This document shows positions 47,701 to 61,300 of a stretch of 64,000 bases of DNA, in pieces. The stretch covers positions 46,500,001 to 46,564,000 of the forward strand of contig CM060732.1 of the NCBI GenBank assembly GCA_030704615.1, read 5' to 3'. The notes under the pieces were generated by a model. It saw only the letters and a list, made by a program, of their open reading frames with translations. It had not been told where the DNA came from and made no database searches. Source of the stretch: Takakia lepidozioides (lineage: Eukaryota > Plantae > Bryophyta). The stretch's first letter is position 1. The number at the start of each line of letters is the position of its first letter. The position numbers and the translations under genes are program-made.

Positions 47701-50700
47701 AAGGCACTCGGTCTCCGCCAAGACTCCTCCTTATTTTCAGGTTCGGATGTTGTGGAGCCTTCTCCTTATGGCGGTTCAGGCACTCCTTACCCAAGCAACC
47801 ACGCCTCCTCCCCCCTGTGCGCAACACTCACATCGGCCACCAGCAAAAGTCGTCAATGAGTCATCCCCACACAGCACCTTCACCTTCTTTTCAGTCACAG
47901 ATCACATGTTAGAAATATGCCTCGGCAGGGATGGATGGCCGCGGATAAACAATCTAGACACTCAGAGGAGAAAGTTTCAAAGGTGGAGCACGCTGAACTC
48001 CCTAAAGCTAGCAAGCATGTGGAGGTTTCACAGGATGGCGCAGAAGTACAACGAGTGAGGGCTTTGGGACCACCTCAGAGGGAGGGGCACGAATGGCATT
48101 CATCTCTCCGACAACAGCATTCAGTTGCTGAAGTGTCCAGGGGCCATCACCTGAGGTATTGGCCCTGAGGAACCTCAGTCACAAGAAAGGGACGATCTGT
48201 CGTCACTGGCAGTGCAGGAGCAGTCTAGAGGACCAGATGAGGGGAGAGAGCCGGCCACATACTGGCTATGCGGATATTGATAAGAGGGCATTGAAGGCGC
48301 GGGAGGATCACGGGTACAAAGATGAGGTTGAAGAGCGACAAACGGATGTAAGTGACAACGACTTTGAAACCTGCAAAATTCAAGCTCACCTACTGAGATA
48401 TGTATTACTTTGTTGGTTACCAAGATATTGTTTTGCATTTTTCTCATTACGAGGGAGTTTAAGGTTCTAGAGTTGAAAACAAGTCAGGCTTGTGAGGTTT
48501 AAGCAGGCTGATAACAGAAGTGTGGAGGCTGGTGTCTGACCTATCTGGCTTTTGGGCAAGTATGGTTTGTCTTGGTTCCTAGTTTGGATGGAGAGGTTGC
48601 TAATCTGTGGGCGTTGAAATGGGGTAAAGGAGGGAGAGGATGATGGCATCCAAGAAGGGGGATGAGGAGGGATATTGAGGCTATGACGAAGAAGAAGAAG
48701 ACGAGGATGACGACATAGAAGATGGTGCAAAGAAAATCTCCATATTTGCCTTTCTGATCTGTTGCTAGATTGGTTTACTGACTTCTCCTGTGGCCAGCTG
48801 CTTGTCTTTCTCTGTTATTTGGTGACCTTTCAAATGCAAGTCTAGAGGTTACTCTGCACTTAATCGTTAGATTGACTGTCATCTCAATTGTCGCACAATA
48901 TTTGATACAGATTCCGAGTTTCATGGTCTGTGTGTGGAAGGCCACCCTGTGTGCTTTTATATTGTTTCTGTACATCTTTGATACTTTCCTAACTATTCCC
49001 ACCTGTAACTACTGTCTGCAGGAGATGATCCAAACAAGAAAGAATTTAGGGAGCTCATACAGCAAGACGTGACAGAATTAGCAGAGGGTGTTTCAAAGGA
49101 GGGAGAAGATTGCCTAGAGGTTGAGGGATTAGATGGAAGGAGTGTTGAGGTTGGGCCTGGGGTTAAAGTGGACAACTTAAAGGACCTGGAAAGTGTGAAT
49201 GAGCAACCATCAGAGACTGAGCTCCATGAATGGCTGGCACAGAAGTTGCAGGTATGCTCTTTGTTTCTGTACTTAGTTGCAGCATGTGGCACGTCCGGGC
49301 TGCAATGGCCTCAGACTTGGAGAATGGAAAGATCTAAAACCGTTCTCATTTTTTCGGGCGTCTTTACTGAAATGTTTCATGGAGAGTGTGGACCATTCAG
49401 CATTCATGGATGAGTTTCGAAACTTTCGCTGAAGGCACTTGACATATCCACCTTCTAGAGGCCATTGATTATGCTCACGCTTGTGCCTGCTGCAGAAAAG
49501 TGAATCATCAATTTGTGCCTCAAATGTGTAGTGTATTCTGCAGGTTTTGGCACTGATTCTTTGTGATGCCACAATGCCATTGCAGATACATGACCAACAT
49601 AAGGAACAGAGGGATGGTGCACAAGTGCAGCCACCACATGAGACCAGCCAAATGCAACCATTCTTGCCACAAGTCTCGGAATCGACCTCAAGGCCCACTG
49701 TTTCAGCTGCAGACCTTGAATCTCCTCCTACTGTACCACAGATGCAGCAACCCCCCTCCATGGCCGTGTCCGATCCGCCCGTCGCATCCTTGCAGCCACC
49801 ACAGCTGATGGTGTCGCTGCCTGGTTTCCAAACTCCAGCTGAGATTCCGGGGACATTACAGTTTGGGCTTCTTTCAGGGAAGTCACTCCTGCCTGCATTG
49901 GTGCCTGCCATTCAGATTGGATCAATTGAAATGCCCTTACATGTGCACCCTCAGGCCGGCCTGCAGCATGTCACCCCTCTGCAGTCTTCCCAGCCCCCTC
50001 TTTTCCAATTTGGGCAGCTTGGACAGCAGACGCCTCTCCCTCAATCCCACCCAGCTTGCAATCAGGAGTTGGAGACAGCTCAAATGCCAGGGCAAACCCA
50101 GCAGGCTGAGGTTCTGCCCGTGTTCCAACAACAACACACCCAGAACCCTACACAGCAAGTGCAAGTTCGGTCGTCCTTCATACAAGAGGAGCAGCCAGGT
50201 AGACCTTTCTTACAACAAAGAGATGATCTGCTCTCAGTGCCAGAGTCTCCTTGGATGAGCCAATGCACATCTGCAAACGTAAAAGCAGTTGAAGTTGAGA
50301 CTAGGGAGAACAGGTTTAGTGCCTTGAAGCTCGGCCCTCGTCCTGAAAGAAGAGGGCGCAGTGGCCTGCGTGATGGCCTGAACACTGGGGTGGGTCACTC
50401 AAATTTTCCTTGCGTCAAGGCAGTGCGTAGAGAGACAGCCACTCTTCACTCAGGCTTTGATGGTGCAGAGGTACAGAGCAATGGCATTTCATTGGCTGAC
50501 ACAACTCCCATGTGGCCCATAACAGGGTCCTCAGCAGATGTGACAGTTGCAGAGTCGGCCCCAGCTGAGAGTCAATGGCAGCGGCCGCTTGCAGGAAGAG
50601 GCAGAGGGAATGGGGCACGTGGAGGAGGCATGCTTGGACGGGGACGGATGAAGGGTGGAACTGTGCATGGGAGCCCGGTTGTCTCTCAAAGCCCCATTGA

Positions 50701-53700
50701 GGGAGGTGCCTCTACGGGTTCCTTCACACCTGATGCGGGAACTGATGGAGTGACAGTGCGCACCCGACCCAGCCGCCGTAACAACTTCCGGCGCCCTGAT
50801 TATAAAGGCAGAGACTCTATGGTGTCGCTGGAGACAGTGCTGGTTGAATCTCTGTGCTGTATATCCCCTAACTCTAGAGTAAAGGACACCCCAAATGCGC
50901 CAGTTTCAACAGATGCCTCAGTCCACACTACCCACATGATTGATGGCCAGGGCACTGGAAGGCACCCTGAGGTACCAAAGCAGGAGAAGAGAAATTCAAG
51001 AGAATCAAGTCAAAGCCCGCGATTGGTGTTCGAGGGTCACTCTCCACAGCAAAGCAGCCCAAGACTCGAAAGGAACAACAGTGTTGAAACTTTCCAGAAA
51101 CGGGGGTCTGGCAGGTCTGCAGGTGCCACTCGTCCAGGAGAGGGAGTACTGGGGAGGTACTCGTCGGAATCGGCCCCAGATGCACCCTTGCAGAGCGGGG
51201 TAGTCCTTGTGTTTGATCAGCCAGGGATTGAAGCTCCCAGTGATGAAGATGACTTCATCGAGGTCAGGTCCAAGCGCCAGATGCTGAATGATCGTCGCGA
51301 ACAGAGAGAGAAGGCGATCAAAGCCAAAACAAAGGACTTGAAGGTATGTAGTATTGGCAGTGGAACTTTTAGCTTAGTATTAGTAGTGAACAATAGTAAG
51401 AGTTGGCGCAATTCTGTTTCATCTCTGAACTTTTTCAGTTAGTTGGTGTGAGCCTAGTTAGGCAACCCCAACCTGTTTCATGTAGCCACCACTTGTGCTA
51501 CTTCTACAGCTCAGTATGTGTCTCTCATTCTAGATTCCAGTGTGAACAGTGCTCTAAGTGTTTGGGCTGATGTTTATCTATTCTTCCTAAATGTTCCGTG
51601 GCCAAGGTTATGAATGTACCCCCTCATTGGGGCTATTTGTGAAGTAGTGGAAGACTAAGTTGGGGATTGTTTGCTTTGTAAAGGCAAAGGAGCAGGCTGC
51701 CCGCAAACAAAGAGGTGGCGGAAAGCTTGGGTTCCAAGGGGAGGGAGCGGCAGGTATTGGCAGCAGATCGAGTGGGGCTCTAGAGCGACGCCCCTCTAGT
51801 GTAAGCACTGATAGTGTCAATAACAATTCACGGCTTGGGCTGCCAGGGACTCCTTCTGGGACAGGTCCACCGGGTTCCTTCTCGCCTGGGATTTCCCAAG
51901 CAGTGCCTCTTGCTCCTATTGGGACTCCGGCAGGTGGTGGAGCTGACCAAGTTTTTGACAAGCGGGCAAAGGTTTCAAAGTGAGTTCTGAACACTTTTCC
52001 ATTTCCTTACAAGCCCACATAACCTGTTTCTTTGTGTCCTTTCTTGAATCGAGATATTATTGATTCTATAGGAATATTTCTTCACACAAGCAGCTTGGTG
52101 CTGGGTCTGTGGGACTTTTACTGTCACACCTCTTTTGTCACCTGCTCTTCTTGTCATGGGCTTAGTTCCGAGACCAAGCGATTCCTTCATTCAAGCAGGC
52201 CCACCCGGGCTCCCCTGGACGTAATGAATTTCTTCTTTTCTAGTTCTCCTGAGTCCCTTCAGCTGGTTGGTCCTCCTGTTGATCTTATGAATCACTTCAT
52301 TTCCATCTTACTAATCCTCTTTCTGCTTCACACATTCTGAGTGCCCCTCGTTTGTGACAAAATCTCTGGCTAGCTCTCATCCATCATCCAAGTAAAGCAG
52401 AAGGGGTGACATGCTGCTGGTCTACGTCCTGAATTCTTGGATTTATGACTGTTTATAGCAGCTTCTTGGACTGAGTACAAGTATTTCTCGATCTACGGTT
52501 CTGATGCTTTGTTGTGTGTAAATAGATCTTCTCAACCCAATTCTGCATCAGGCGGGAGCTTGGGTGACAGGGAAATGGGGAGTTTGTCGGGCCCATTGGA
52601 AAGCCAAAGTCTTCCCCAGGACGGTGTTTCTGGCACTTCGCTTGCCTGGGGTGGGAGTCGCTCTACTCATCAGGTAAATTTCTGACAACACATCTTGTGA
52701 AACCGTGTTGGACCCCCTGGAAGAATGAATGTGGACTCGTATTGGAGGTGGAGGCTCTAGCCTTTCCTTTTGGGAGGCAAGATGAAAACTCCAGCCCTGA
52801 ACCAGTCTATACAAGGCGTCATCAGAACGAACTGAATCAGCACATAGTAGAAGTAGATGAACAGAATGTATCGAGCCTGTGTAATCCATCGTTACGGGTC
52901 AGCTCTGTACAGGATGTTACATCTCTAATTTTCCCTTCCTCTCTCTCACCTTGCTCATGGGGTAACCATTCTTGCATGTAGGCCAATGAGCTCCGCACAT
53001 TAGGACAATGCTATTGGCCTTATCAACTCATATTTGTCCTGGGTTGCATGGAGTTCAATGAAAGGACTGAAGTACAAGGGCTAGCCACAGACCAATGAAG
53101 CAAGCCAAAGTTTGTTGTTTGCAGGTGGTAAGCTTGACCCATTCAGCTGGAAGAGGCCATGAAGCCTGTACGATATGATGCCCCAGTGCCACAGCAGCTT
53201 CCTCTTGGAGAGCGTGGCAGCATGGTGTTGGACCCTGGGATGTCTGTAGCCTCTATGGCTGGGAAGGAGAAGATGTCTTCCTCGGGATCAGGACCGATTT
53301 GCTCGCTACTGGTTGGAGACAAGATTCAGTTTGGTGAGTTTATTTTCCCAGGAGAGAATTTCTGAGCTGGGCATGTTGTGTCCGTACGCAGTCATTGTGG
53401 TCTGAGACTGAGATAGAAGTAGAAGGTTGGGGCTGAGGCTAGCTCATGTGTCTGAGTAATGCGGTTTTGCAGGAGCCGTGACATCACCACCTCTGGCCAT
53501 GTCCAACAGCCGTCCTCATACGCCTGCACTCCTTACCATAGTAGGCTCATCCCTGGGGTCGCGTGGAGATGCAGCCATCATCGACAGTGATCTGAAGAAA
53601 TCAAGGCACTTATCTGGACCTGAATCTGACGTGCCAGCCTTCACAACAAAAGGTAACTTTGGGTTTGTGTGTTACAATAACAAGACATGAAGAGTGACAT

Positions 53701-56700
53701 TCTTTATATGATTTTGAATGGAGTTTCATGCTACAGCAAGCTGATTTGAGTTTGTACGGCAGGCAAGCGAACACATGGGGAAGCAGTCATTGGTGGGGAC
53801 ACAGAACTGGATACGGAGGCAGAAGCCGAAGCCGCAGCGTCAGCCGTGGCCGTGGCTGCCATCAGCAGCGATGAATCCGTGGTAGCACGCATCATGTTGA
53901 GACCTCCATCCGAAAGTCTACCTCGTCCATAAAGAATTCCTTTGCAAGTATTGCATCCTCCCGAAGCCATAAAAGTAAGTGCATGTAAAATTGGTACCAC
54001 TAATAAATAGACATTCTGTAACTCCTCAAGGATGTGGTGCCTCGTTCACACCTTTATGCTGTTAGGATTCCTTATTGTTACCATTGTTTCACCTATTCCA
54101 TATGTTTGTAATTGGCTTGGGGTTCTTATCTGCATGTGTTCAACTGGAGCACATCTGTCAGGCATTTCTATGTTCTTTGGCACAACTATTTACACAGGCT
54201 CAAGTTGTGAAGTGATATGTTCGTTTATCAGAATGATCTGGGTCACAGAAGTCAAGGTTTGGGTTCTTTTGTTGGTTTCTGAACACTCCCATCTCCTTTG
54301 TTCACAGATAGTGGCGTGGCGATGCCAATGCAAGACCACTGTTGATCCAAGCTCCCATGCTTGAAGATTTCATGGCAGTATCACTTCCTGCCGATCTCTC
54401 TGTTGAGCCTACCTCAATGTCACTACGCGAATCATCATCTGCAGGTCAGGGATCTCCGGGCCTTCTTTTAGGTGGTGGTGGTGGTGGTGTCTTCACCTTT
54501 CTCAAGCTTAGAGAGGAGCCAAATGCTGGGTGGCCAATTATTTGGATTCACTCCCAGCAAGGAGGGTTCTTCAGGTCCTCCTGGTGCTCCAGAACAGGGG
54601 CAACAATGTTGGGCCCAGTGCGGGAGGGTGGCCACAACCACCGCAGTCAAGTGGTGATTTCATTCTATGGAGGACCTCCTCCCTCAGGGTACGGTGGCCA
54701 GTTCATGAGCCCTGGTGGGGAATCCCTGGTCTTCAAGCCCCCCCCATTTTCTGCTCTACGGTTCATTTGCTAATGCGAGTCAATTTTGGCCAATTAGGGT
54801 ACATGGGGTCCACATACCATCCATCTGGCAAGCAGCCTGATTGGAAGCACACTCCTGTATCATCCTCAGGTCCAAATGTTTTTTGGCATGAGTGGCAGCG
54901 ACAGCTTAGGTGGCTTGATGACGGGTCAACGGGGTCCGGGCAATATCCAGCGCATGGCACCTGGACCATCTATCATGCCAGTTGCGCCACCTCCGGGACC
55001 TTTTGATCTGAACTTGTCAGCACCATTTCAAGTGAGTTCATCCTACTTGTCCTTAGCAACTGGGATCAACAGCCTTGCACAATGGGGCGTTATTGCGGAC
55101 ATGAGGTCACAATGGAACAGTATAGTGGAGTTGTTTTCAAAAGTTGAAGCTCTGTTGGATTTGCAGATGTATGAGCAGGGAATGAAGAATGACAATATTG
55201 TATGCTTTGTTCCAGATTCCAAATGTGGATTCTTCTATGCAGTCTCAGTGGTCACATGCCCCACCACCCTTGCACAGCGTACCCATATCAGGGCCCCATA
55301 CGGGTTTTTCCATGCAGCAGTCTAGACGGATTCCACACAACCTGGGGGCCCACCTACCTCATATGATAGAGAATCCCGGGGGATTCAATTTAGTCCCCAA
55401 TCCAACAAATCCGGCCAGCACGGGTGGGTTTTCATCAGTTGATGCTGCTGCCCAATTCCCGGATGAACTGGGCTTGGGTGATACATCCTCCTCTGGCCCC
55501 AGCAACACCTCTCCATTTGGGGCGCAGCGGGGCTCTGGCAGGGGACCTGTAAGCAGCACCACTCTATCTACGTCCTCAGCAGCTGCAGGTTAGCATTTCT
55601 GCCTTGTGTGGTCTCGTCTGTGTGGGGGCTTTTTCTCTATCAGTGTTCTGGTGCTGATGAAGTAGGCAGCGTGCTTGAGGAGTGTCCCACAAGTGTGATT
55701 ACTTCCATTAGCAGTGCCCAGCAAGGCAATGCACGCGCCATATGAAATGTTTGTATACGTAGTCTGTCGTAGATTCAAGTAGGTCGTTTGTTAGGTGAGG
55801 CTATTTGCACTGGCGGGGGGTGGGCATCTTTGAGCTGCTGCTGACTAGCTTTCCATGCTGCTCTAGAGTGCCTTTGTGTTAGCCGCCGTCGTTAGTAGTC
55901 GTCGCCACAATTGTTGTTAGAAAGGAATCGGCACATGGGATGGGGACCCATGGCATTTCTATGGGATCGGTCGTGTTGACAAGCAGTTTGCGGGTTGCAG
56001 TCCTGCAGAGCTGTTTACTCTCGGTGAGATTTTTTCGCTGTGGGTTTCAACAAGCCTTGGCCATTACCAAAAGGTCGGGTTACAAGTAGACTTCCATCAG
56101 CAAAAGGAGGAAAATTATACTTAATCTTGTTGGCATCTCATTGTGTTTAATGTGTATATGTTGGGAAACATTTATGCAGGCAACAGTAAGTTGCGAAGCA
56201 GCCGACGCTCATCAAGGGTGGCCAGAGGGGGCAATGCAATAGGGGGTGGAAATGGAAGTGGGAGTGGGAATGCTGGGGCAGGAATGGGATCTAGCTCAGG
56301 AGTGTTCAGTGGTTCCGGGCCCAATGGCGGGCAAACTCCGCCTAGTCTCTTGCAGCCTCAATCTCAGCTGCAGCAACAGGCCATGGGGGGTGTTGGGCAA
56401 CAACATTTGCAGTCTATTGGCTTCTCAGATCAACAGGGCCAGTCACAGGGTTTGCCAAGGGTTGGGCCAGGCAGCAGTTGGCAAGGAAGCCAAGGCCACC
56501 GGAAAGGGAGTGTGACCCAAGGGCGGCCGCCAGTGGGAGAGCGTGGTACCCCAGAGAAGATATTTGCACCATCATCAAAGTTAAAACAGGTTCAGACCAC
56601 TTCTCTTTAAACACGGTAGAGCCACTGAACACTAAGAACAAACCAACTCCAAACTTTGCATAATGAGAGAGGCACAGTGTGTGTGTGTGTGTTACATAGC

Positions 56701-59585
56701 ATGTCAAGTCTAGACAAGGAAAGGCTTAACACAATGTGTTGTGTTGGCCTCGTTTTAAGGACATCAGACAGCCTAATGTAGGCACTATCAAACTGTCACT
56801 AGATCCAGGTACTCAAGCAAGGGGACACAGAGGCCTTTGGCTTGCAAATGTGTATTCATTGAATCAGAGTAGAGCTAGTCAAGTCAATGTAAGTAAGCAG
56901 GACAGTAAGCACCCATTCTCGAAGACCCAAGTATTCAAGCAAGGGAACGAATAGAAACCCTTGGTTGCAAAAGTATTCCTAGATTCAGAGTAGAGCTTAG
57001 TCAAGGCCATCTAAGTTCGTCGAAGTGTCAACTCTCTGTGTTGCCACATAAGCAGCCCATCAAAGTGCTTAAGGAGCCTGAATGGATACCTTACTTGTAG
57101 CCATAGTTTATTCAGCTCCTTCAGCTCTTGCCGGCTTCTCTTCCACATGTGAAGAGTTCCCAGGCTTTCTAACCTTACAGGGCTGCAGCTTTATGTTAAG
57201 ACCTAAGGCGAACCCTAATGAGTCTCTTGCCCTTAGTAGCATGTCCTGCAACAAAAGAAGGTGAAGTGGCATCACCTCGATCCATCACAGCCAACCAACC
57301 AACCAACAGGTTAGTGATCCCTGTGGACCCCCAGGCTTAAACCGCTTCACATTTGTTATCAATGTCATCCCTGCAACAGGTCATACTTGCAAAGATTGTA
57401 CTCATAAGACGTAGCCTTGTGACCATTGACCCCGCGCCCAGTTTGAGGAGAGGTAAGGGAGGTCCTTTCAGCCATTTCAGTCAACATAGGTACAGAACTC
57501 AGTAGCACCTATTTCAGCCCATGCTCCAGAGGGAGGGGGGACTTGGCTCATGTAAGTAACCGCCCATTTCCAAAAGGAAGGTGTCACTAGAGCAAAGTAC
57601 TCAAGCAAGGGGACACATAGAGGTCTTTGGTTTGCAAAAGTATTATAGATTGTACTCATAAGACGTTGTTTGCCGTAGCCTTGTGGCCATTGACCCCGCG
57701 CCCAGTTTGGGCGGGAACAAAAGGGACAGAACCTACCTCTGTTAGGGGCTGTCGTTGGTAGTAAGACTTACCTCCATATAAAGAATTAATCCGGGTTTTC
57801 CAGATATCCTCTAGAAATCCCTTCACACAAGCATCAATCTGCTGTGTGTGATTTGCCCAAAACTAGGCCTCAGGAGGGCCTGGGCTTTTGTCTCAGCCTC
57901 GAGACTTTCAAAGTTGGTAAACAGGGGTACAGGCACAATTCCCTTAATAGATTTGAAGAGAGCGTCTCTTTTGGTGAGAGAACCCCGGACAGTGTATCAG
58001 AAAATGAATACTGTCTTCAGATTGCCCACACAACGGGCAATTGCACTCTCCCTTTCCTCTCTGCTTCTGTTTGCTGTTCAAAGGTAGGCTTCCTGCCCTG
58101 AGTTTAAATTTCAGTCAGTCTAGTGCCGAGAGTGGGTAGACCCTTGAGGTCATCCAAGATGTCCTCCCCCATGTCACAGACTGGAAACAAGTTCAGGGAA
58201 GTTTTCTGCCTAACTTCATTTTCATCAGACAATCTCATGGCAACAGACATGGCTGAGGACACTACAGCCTCTAAGTCAGATTTATCCAGCAGGGTCAAGA
58301 CTTGCGGATCCAGGTCCAGGTCCTTGAGGATCTCTTCTACTCTCTTTTGCCAGGACTTAGCCTGTTTGACAGGGCGGTCCTGTTTCCAAGATATAGAGTC
58401 GATTAACTTAGGATATCTGGTGTTGGGCATATGTTGCAGCTGACCCCACCATCTGACCTTGAATTCATCTCGTCGGGAGCTTAAGGACGGAATGCCAAAC
58501 TCACCCCGAACAGCCACATTGGCTGTTTTGGAGCATGCTGACATACAAAAGTATTATAGAATCAGAGTAGAGCTTAATCAAGTATGCATGACAACAAGCA
58601 CCTATTCCTAAAAGGAAGACCAAGCACTCAAGCAAGGACCCATATAGAAGCCCTTGGTTTTGCACAAGTATTCCTAGATTCAGAGTAGAGCTTAGTCAAG
58701 TCGATGTAAGTTCCTCATAGTGTCAACTCTCTGTGTTGCCATACTAAGCAGCCCATCACACTGTTGAAGGAGTCTGAATGGATACCTTACTTGTCGCCAA
58801 GTGTAGTGAGCTCCTTCAGCTCTTGCCTCCTCCTCTTCCAAATGAGATGGCCACGCTTACCAACCATATAGGGCAGCAGCTTCAGGGTGAACCCTAATGA
58901 GTCACCCTAGTGAGTCATCCCGTCATCCAATTTCCCGTTCTGTTCTAGACAAAAAAATCGGCACAGAATAACCGGATCAGGCAATTCTTGAATGCTGTCT
59001 ATAAAGATCTCGCAACATTCAAGGAAAGAGAGAGAGAGATTGTACTCGTAAGACGTTGTTTGCCGTAGCCTTGTGGCCATTGACCCCGCGCCCAGTTTGA
59101 GCGGGAACAAAAGGGACAGAACCTACCTCTGTCAGGGAGAGAGAGAGAGAGAAAATCCTCAAGCCTCTCATTTTCAGGTTTCCTAATGCTGATAGAAGGC
59201 ATTGGCTACAGTAGACCAGCCAAGAAAGCAATGTACATTGACCAGATCATGTAGAAGGTGTACACTTATATTCTGTTATGGTGCTGCTACAGGGCCTAGC
59301 ACAAGATATCATGTATTAGTGTGCCATCAAATGTCCTTTATGCTCAAGGATGGAGAAAGAGCCAGAGGGATCAGGCAGTTCTTGAGTGTTGTTACAAAGA
59401 ATGTATCCACAGTCAAGGAAAGAGAGAGAGAGATTGGTTTCTCTTCCGAATGTTTTTCATCCTTGTATGACCAAAATCTGCAGGTGTACGTGGTCAAGTC
59501 ATCATCATCTCCGAGAAACAGTGGCGAGTCAGGGGCAAGCATGTTTAGCGGGGCGGAAGTGGTTCAACAAGCAATGGGCCATTAA
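41788..59585 (+). CDS. Large multi-exon BAT2/PRRC2-like low-complexity protein (Arabidopsis At3g50370-like); several apparent frameshifts
   Basis: Conserved blocks in order: TKFASVNLNKSYG, GGMLLLTRP, VPRPVNLPSLRREH, AVVLRGEDFPTLQAALP, DPERESFEAELERVQ, LQSGVVLVFDQPGIEAPSDEDDFIEVRSKRQMLNDRREQREK, LAPIGTP, LLVGDKIQFG|AVTSPP, EAEAEAAASAVAVAAISSDE, VSLPADLSVE, SGKQPDWKH, AQFPDELGL, KLKQ|VYVVK (last exon 59484-59585). Confidence 0.85.
57396..57455 (-). mobile_element. Short LINE 3'-end copy
   Basis: ttgtactcataagacgtagccttgtgaccattgaccccgcgcccagtttg. Confidence 0.75.
57650..58545 (-). mobile_element. 5'-truncated non-LTR retrotransposon (RTE-like LINE) with ORF2 C-terminal fragment and 15-bp TSD
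   Basis: TSD caaaagtattataga at 57635-57649 and 58546-58560. ORF 58104-58544 (NVAVRGEFGIPSL..RRDEFKVRWWGQLQHMPNTRYPKLI) resembles the post-RT region of LINE ORF2. Confidence 0.88.
59040..59136 (-). mobile_element. LINE 3'-end copy inserted in a (GA)n tract
   Basis: Near-identical to 57650-57745 and flanked on both sides by gagagagagaga. Confidence 0.85.
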
Positions 59586-60796
59586 GAATGGCTCAGGACT
59601 AGGTTTGGCCAGGAAGGAGATGTGTGACTATATACGATGCTCAAGGTCTCTCTTCATGGGAACGTTAATGTCAAATTGTGGGAACAGAGCTCTCTTGCCT
59701 TGAGACAGGCGTTCGCACAATTGTGTTGACTACTGGCATCCGATCCTCCACATGTTCATTTCCAAATTTTTGACACTGCTCTTTGGAGTCCCTCCCATCA
59801 AGGGTTTAGTAAACAGGATCCACTGGTTTGTATGGTGCAGCATCATTTTCAGAAGCTGCATGTGAAGACGGGCCTTCCACTTCCATTAGTTCTCCATTTG
59901 CTCCCCCCTGGGACCAAACACCTTCGTGCCGTATCGAAGACCTTGCAGTGCTCTGTATAACTGTGCCAGCTCCAAGAAGGTAGGCCCTTTGTGGGCCTGT
60001 GCTTCTGGAATTGCATGTTTTGTTTCTCCTTTGCCGGCCAGTTTTCTGGATATCTTGGATGGCATGTCCAGGGGCACGACACTGAGCATTTCAGATTACC
60101 AGCAGGTTTTTGTATCGCGTATGGGGTCACTGTTTCTGGGGACTTGGTCCATCTCATTATCACCGGATCAAACTTGGTGGTTTTTTCTTCGAGTGTGACT
60201 TTTGAAGTAGGAAACCGCCTTACCCCCAAAAAATGACATTCTTGAGGCTTACTTCCTTGGTGACTGCCATGTGCTGCTTTCCACAGTTATAAAGTAAACC
60301 CTGTAGTTCTATAATCCAATTGATAAACAATAATTTATTTCCTTTTCCAAGCTACTTCTCAACCAATGTGCAAGTACCCAGTGTGGGACGGCAGTGTATG
60401 CATGGTGAATTGTGCAAGAAATGCAGTTTTGCATTGCTGTTTGCCATGTGAGTTGCTTTCACAATTTTTCTTCAAGTAGTACTATCAATATGAATCGTCT
60501 GGAAAATGGAAAGCGAGTCTATTTGCTTGGATTTCCTTTCTTGACACATGAGAGCGGGACTATGGTGTTTTTAGGGGTGAATATTGATGTGTACCTCATG
60601 GTGTACTTTCTCAAGCTTGCCATTCTACTGAACTGGACCCCAATTGGCATCTTAACCCTTGAAGGACGGACTAACTTTTTTCAGTATATACCTTGACTAA
60701 ACTAGCTATATCTTCGTATCCCCATCCATCCACTTGGATGAACCTTACAACCTCATCCCTTGACAAGAACGCCACAAAACTTGGGCAGGTTTGACA

Positions 60797-61300
60797 CACT
60801 ACTATGTTTAGGGGGTTTTAGCGACGCTTGTCCCCATGCCGTCTCTCCCGGCCCCGTGCCCTCATCTTGCGACACCCTGGGTGTCGCTCGCCCATGCGAC
60901 GTTTCTGGCGGCACAGACATAATGCCAAAATCCACAAAAACGAATTTTAGCCGTCCTACAATGCGACGCCGTATCTGAGTAAAATTAAAAAAAAACGTCG
61001 CAAATCAACTGCGACGCACTGGGTACGACTGTCCGGACGTCGGTTGGGAAGTAGCGACGCCCAGGGCCTCACTTCAAGCACCCCAGAAAAATAAATAAAA
61101 ATAATTTACTTAATTACTTAATTACTTAACTTTTTTTTTAAAAAAACGCCCTGGGGGTCGTTATTTGAGTTTTTTATTTTTTATTTTTGAAAAGCGACGC
61201 CAGAGACGTCGCGTACATTTGAGCGATGCGAAGAGTGTCACATTGGGGTCCCGACGAGCAACCGATATCTACATGAACTACCTTATTCTAACGACGACCG
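60797..61300. mobile_element. CACTA (En/Spm) transposon end
   Basis: Begins CACTACTA, followed by many subterminal gcgacgc/cgtcgc motifs in both orientations; no partner TIR seen in the window. Confidence 0.6.

Larger units (their letters stand above)
56700..58910. repeat. Intronic local duplications and tandem units
   Basis: About 56950-57240 is repeated at about 58645-58905; unit cttggtt.gcaaaagtatt..tagattcagagtagagcttagtcaag recurs at about 56835, 56960, 57625/58550 and 58650. Confidence 0.75.

Noticed and set aside
59600-60240. Separate gene on the minus strand (ORFs 59849-60229 and 59886-60089)
   Set aside because: No recognisable domain or splice structure; overlaps the likely 3' region of the BAT2-like gene.
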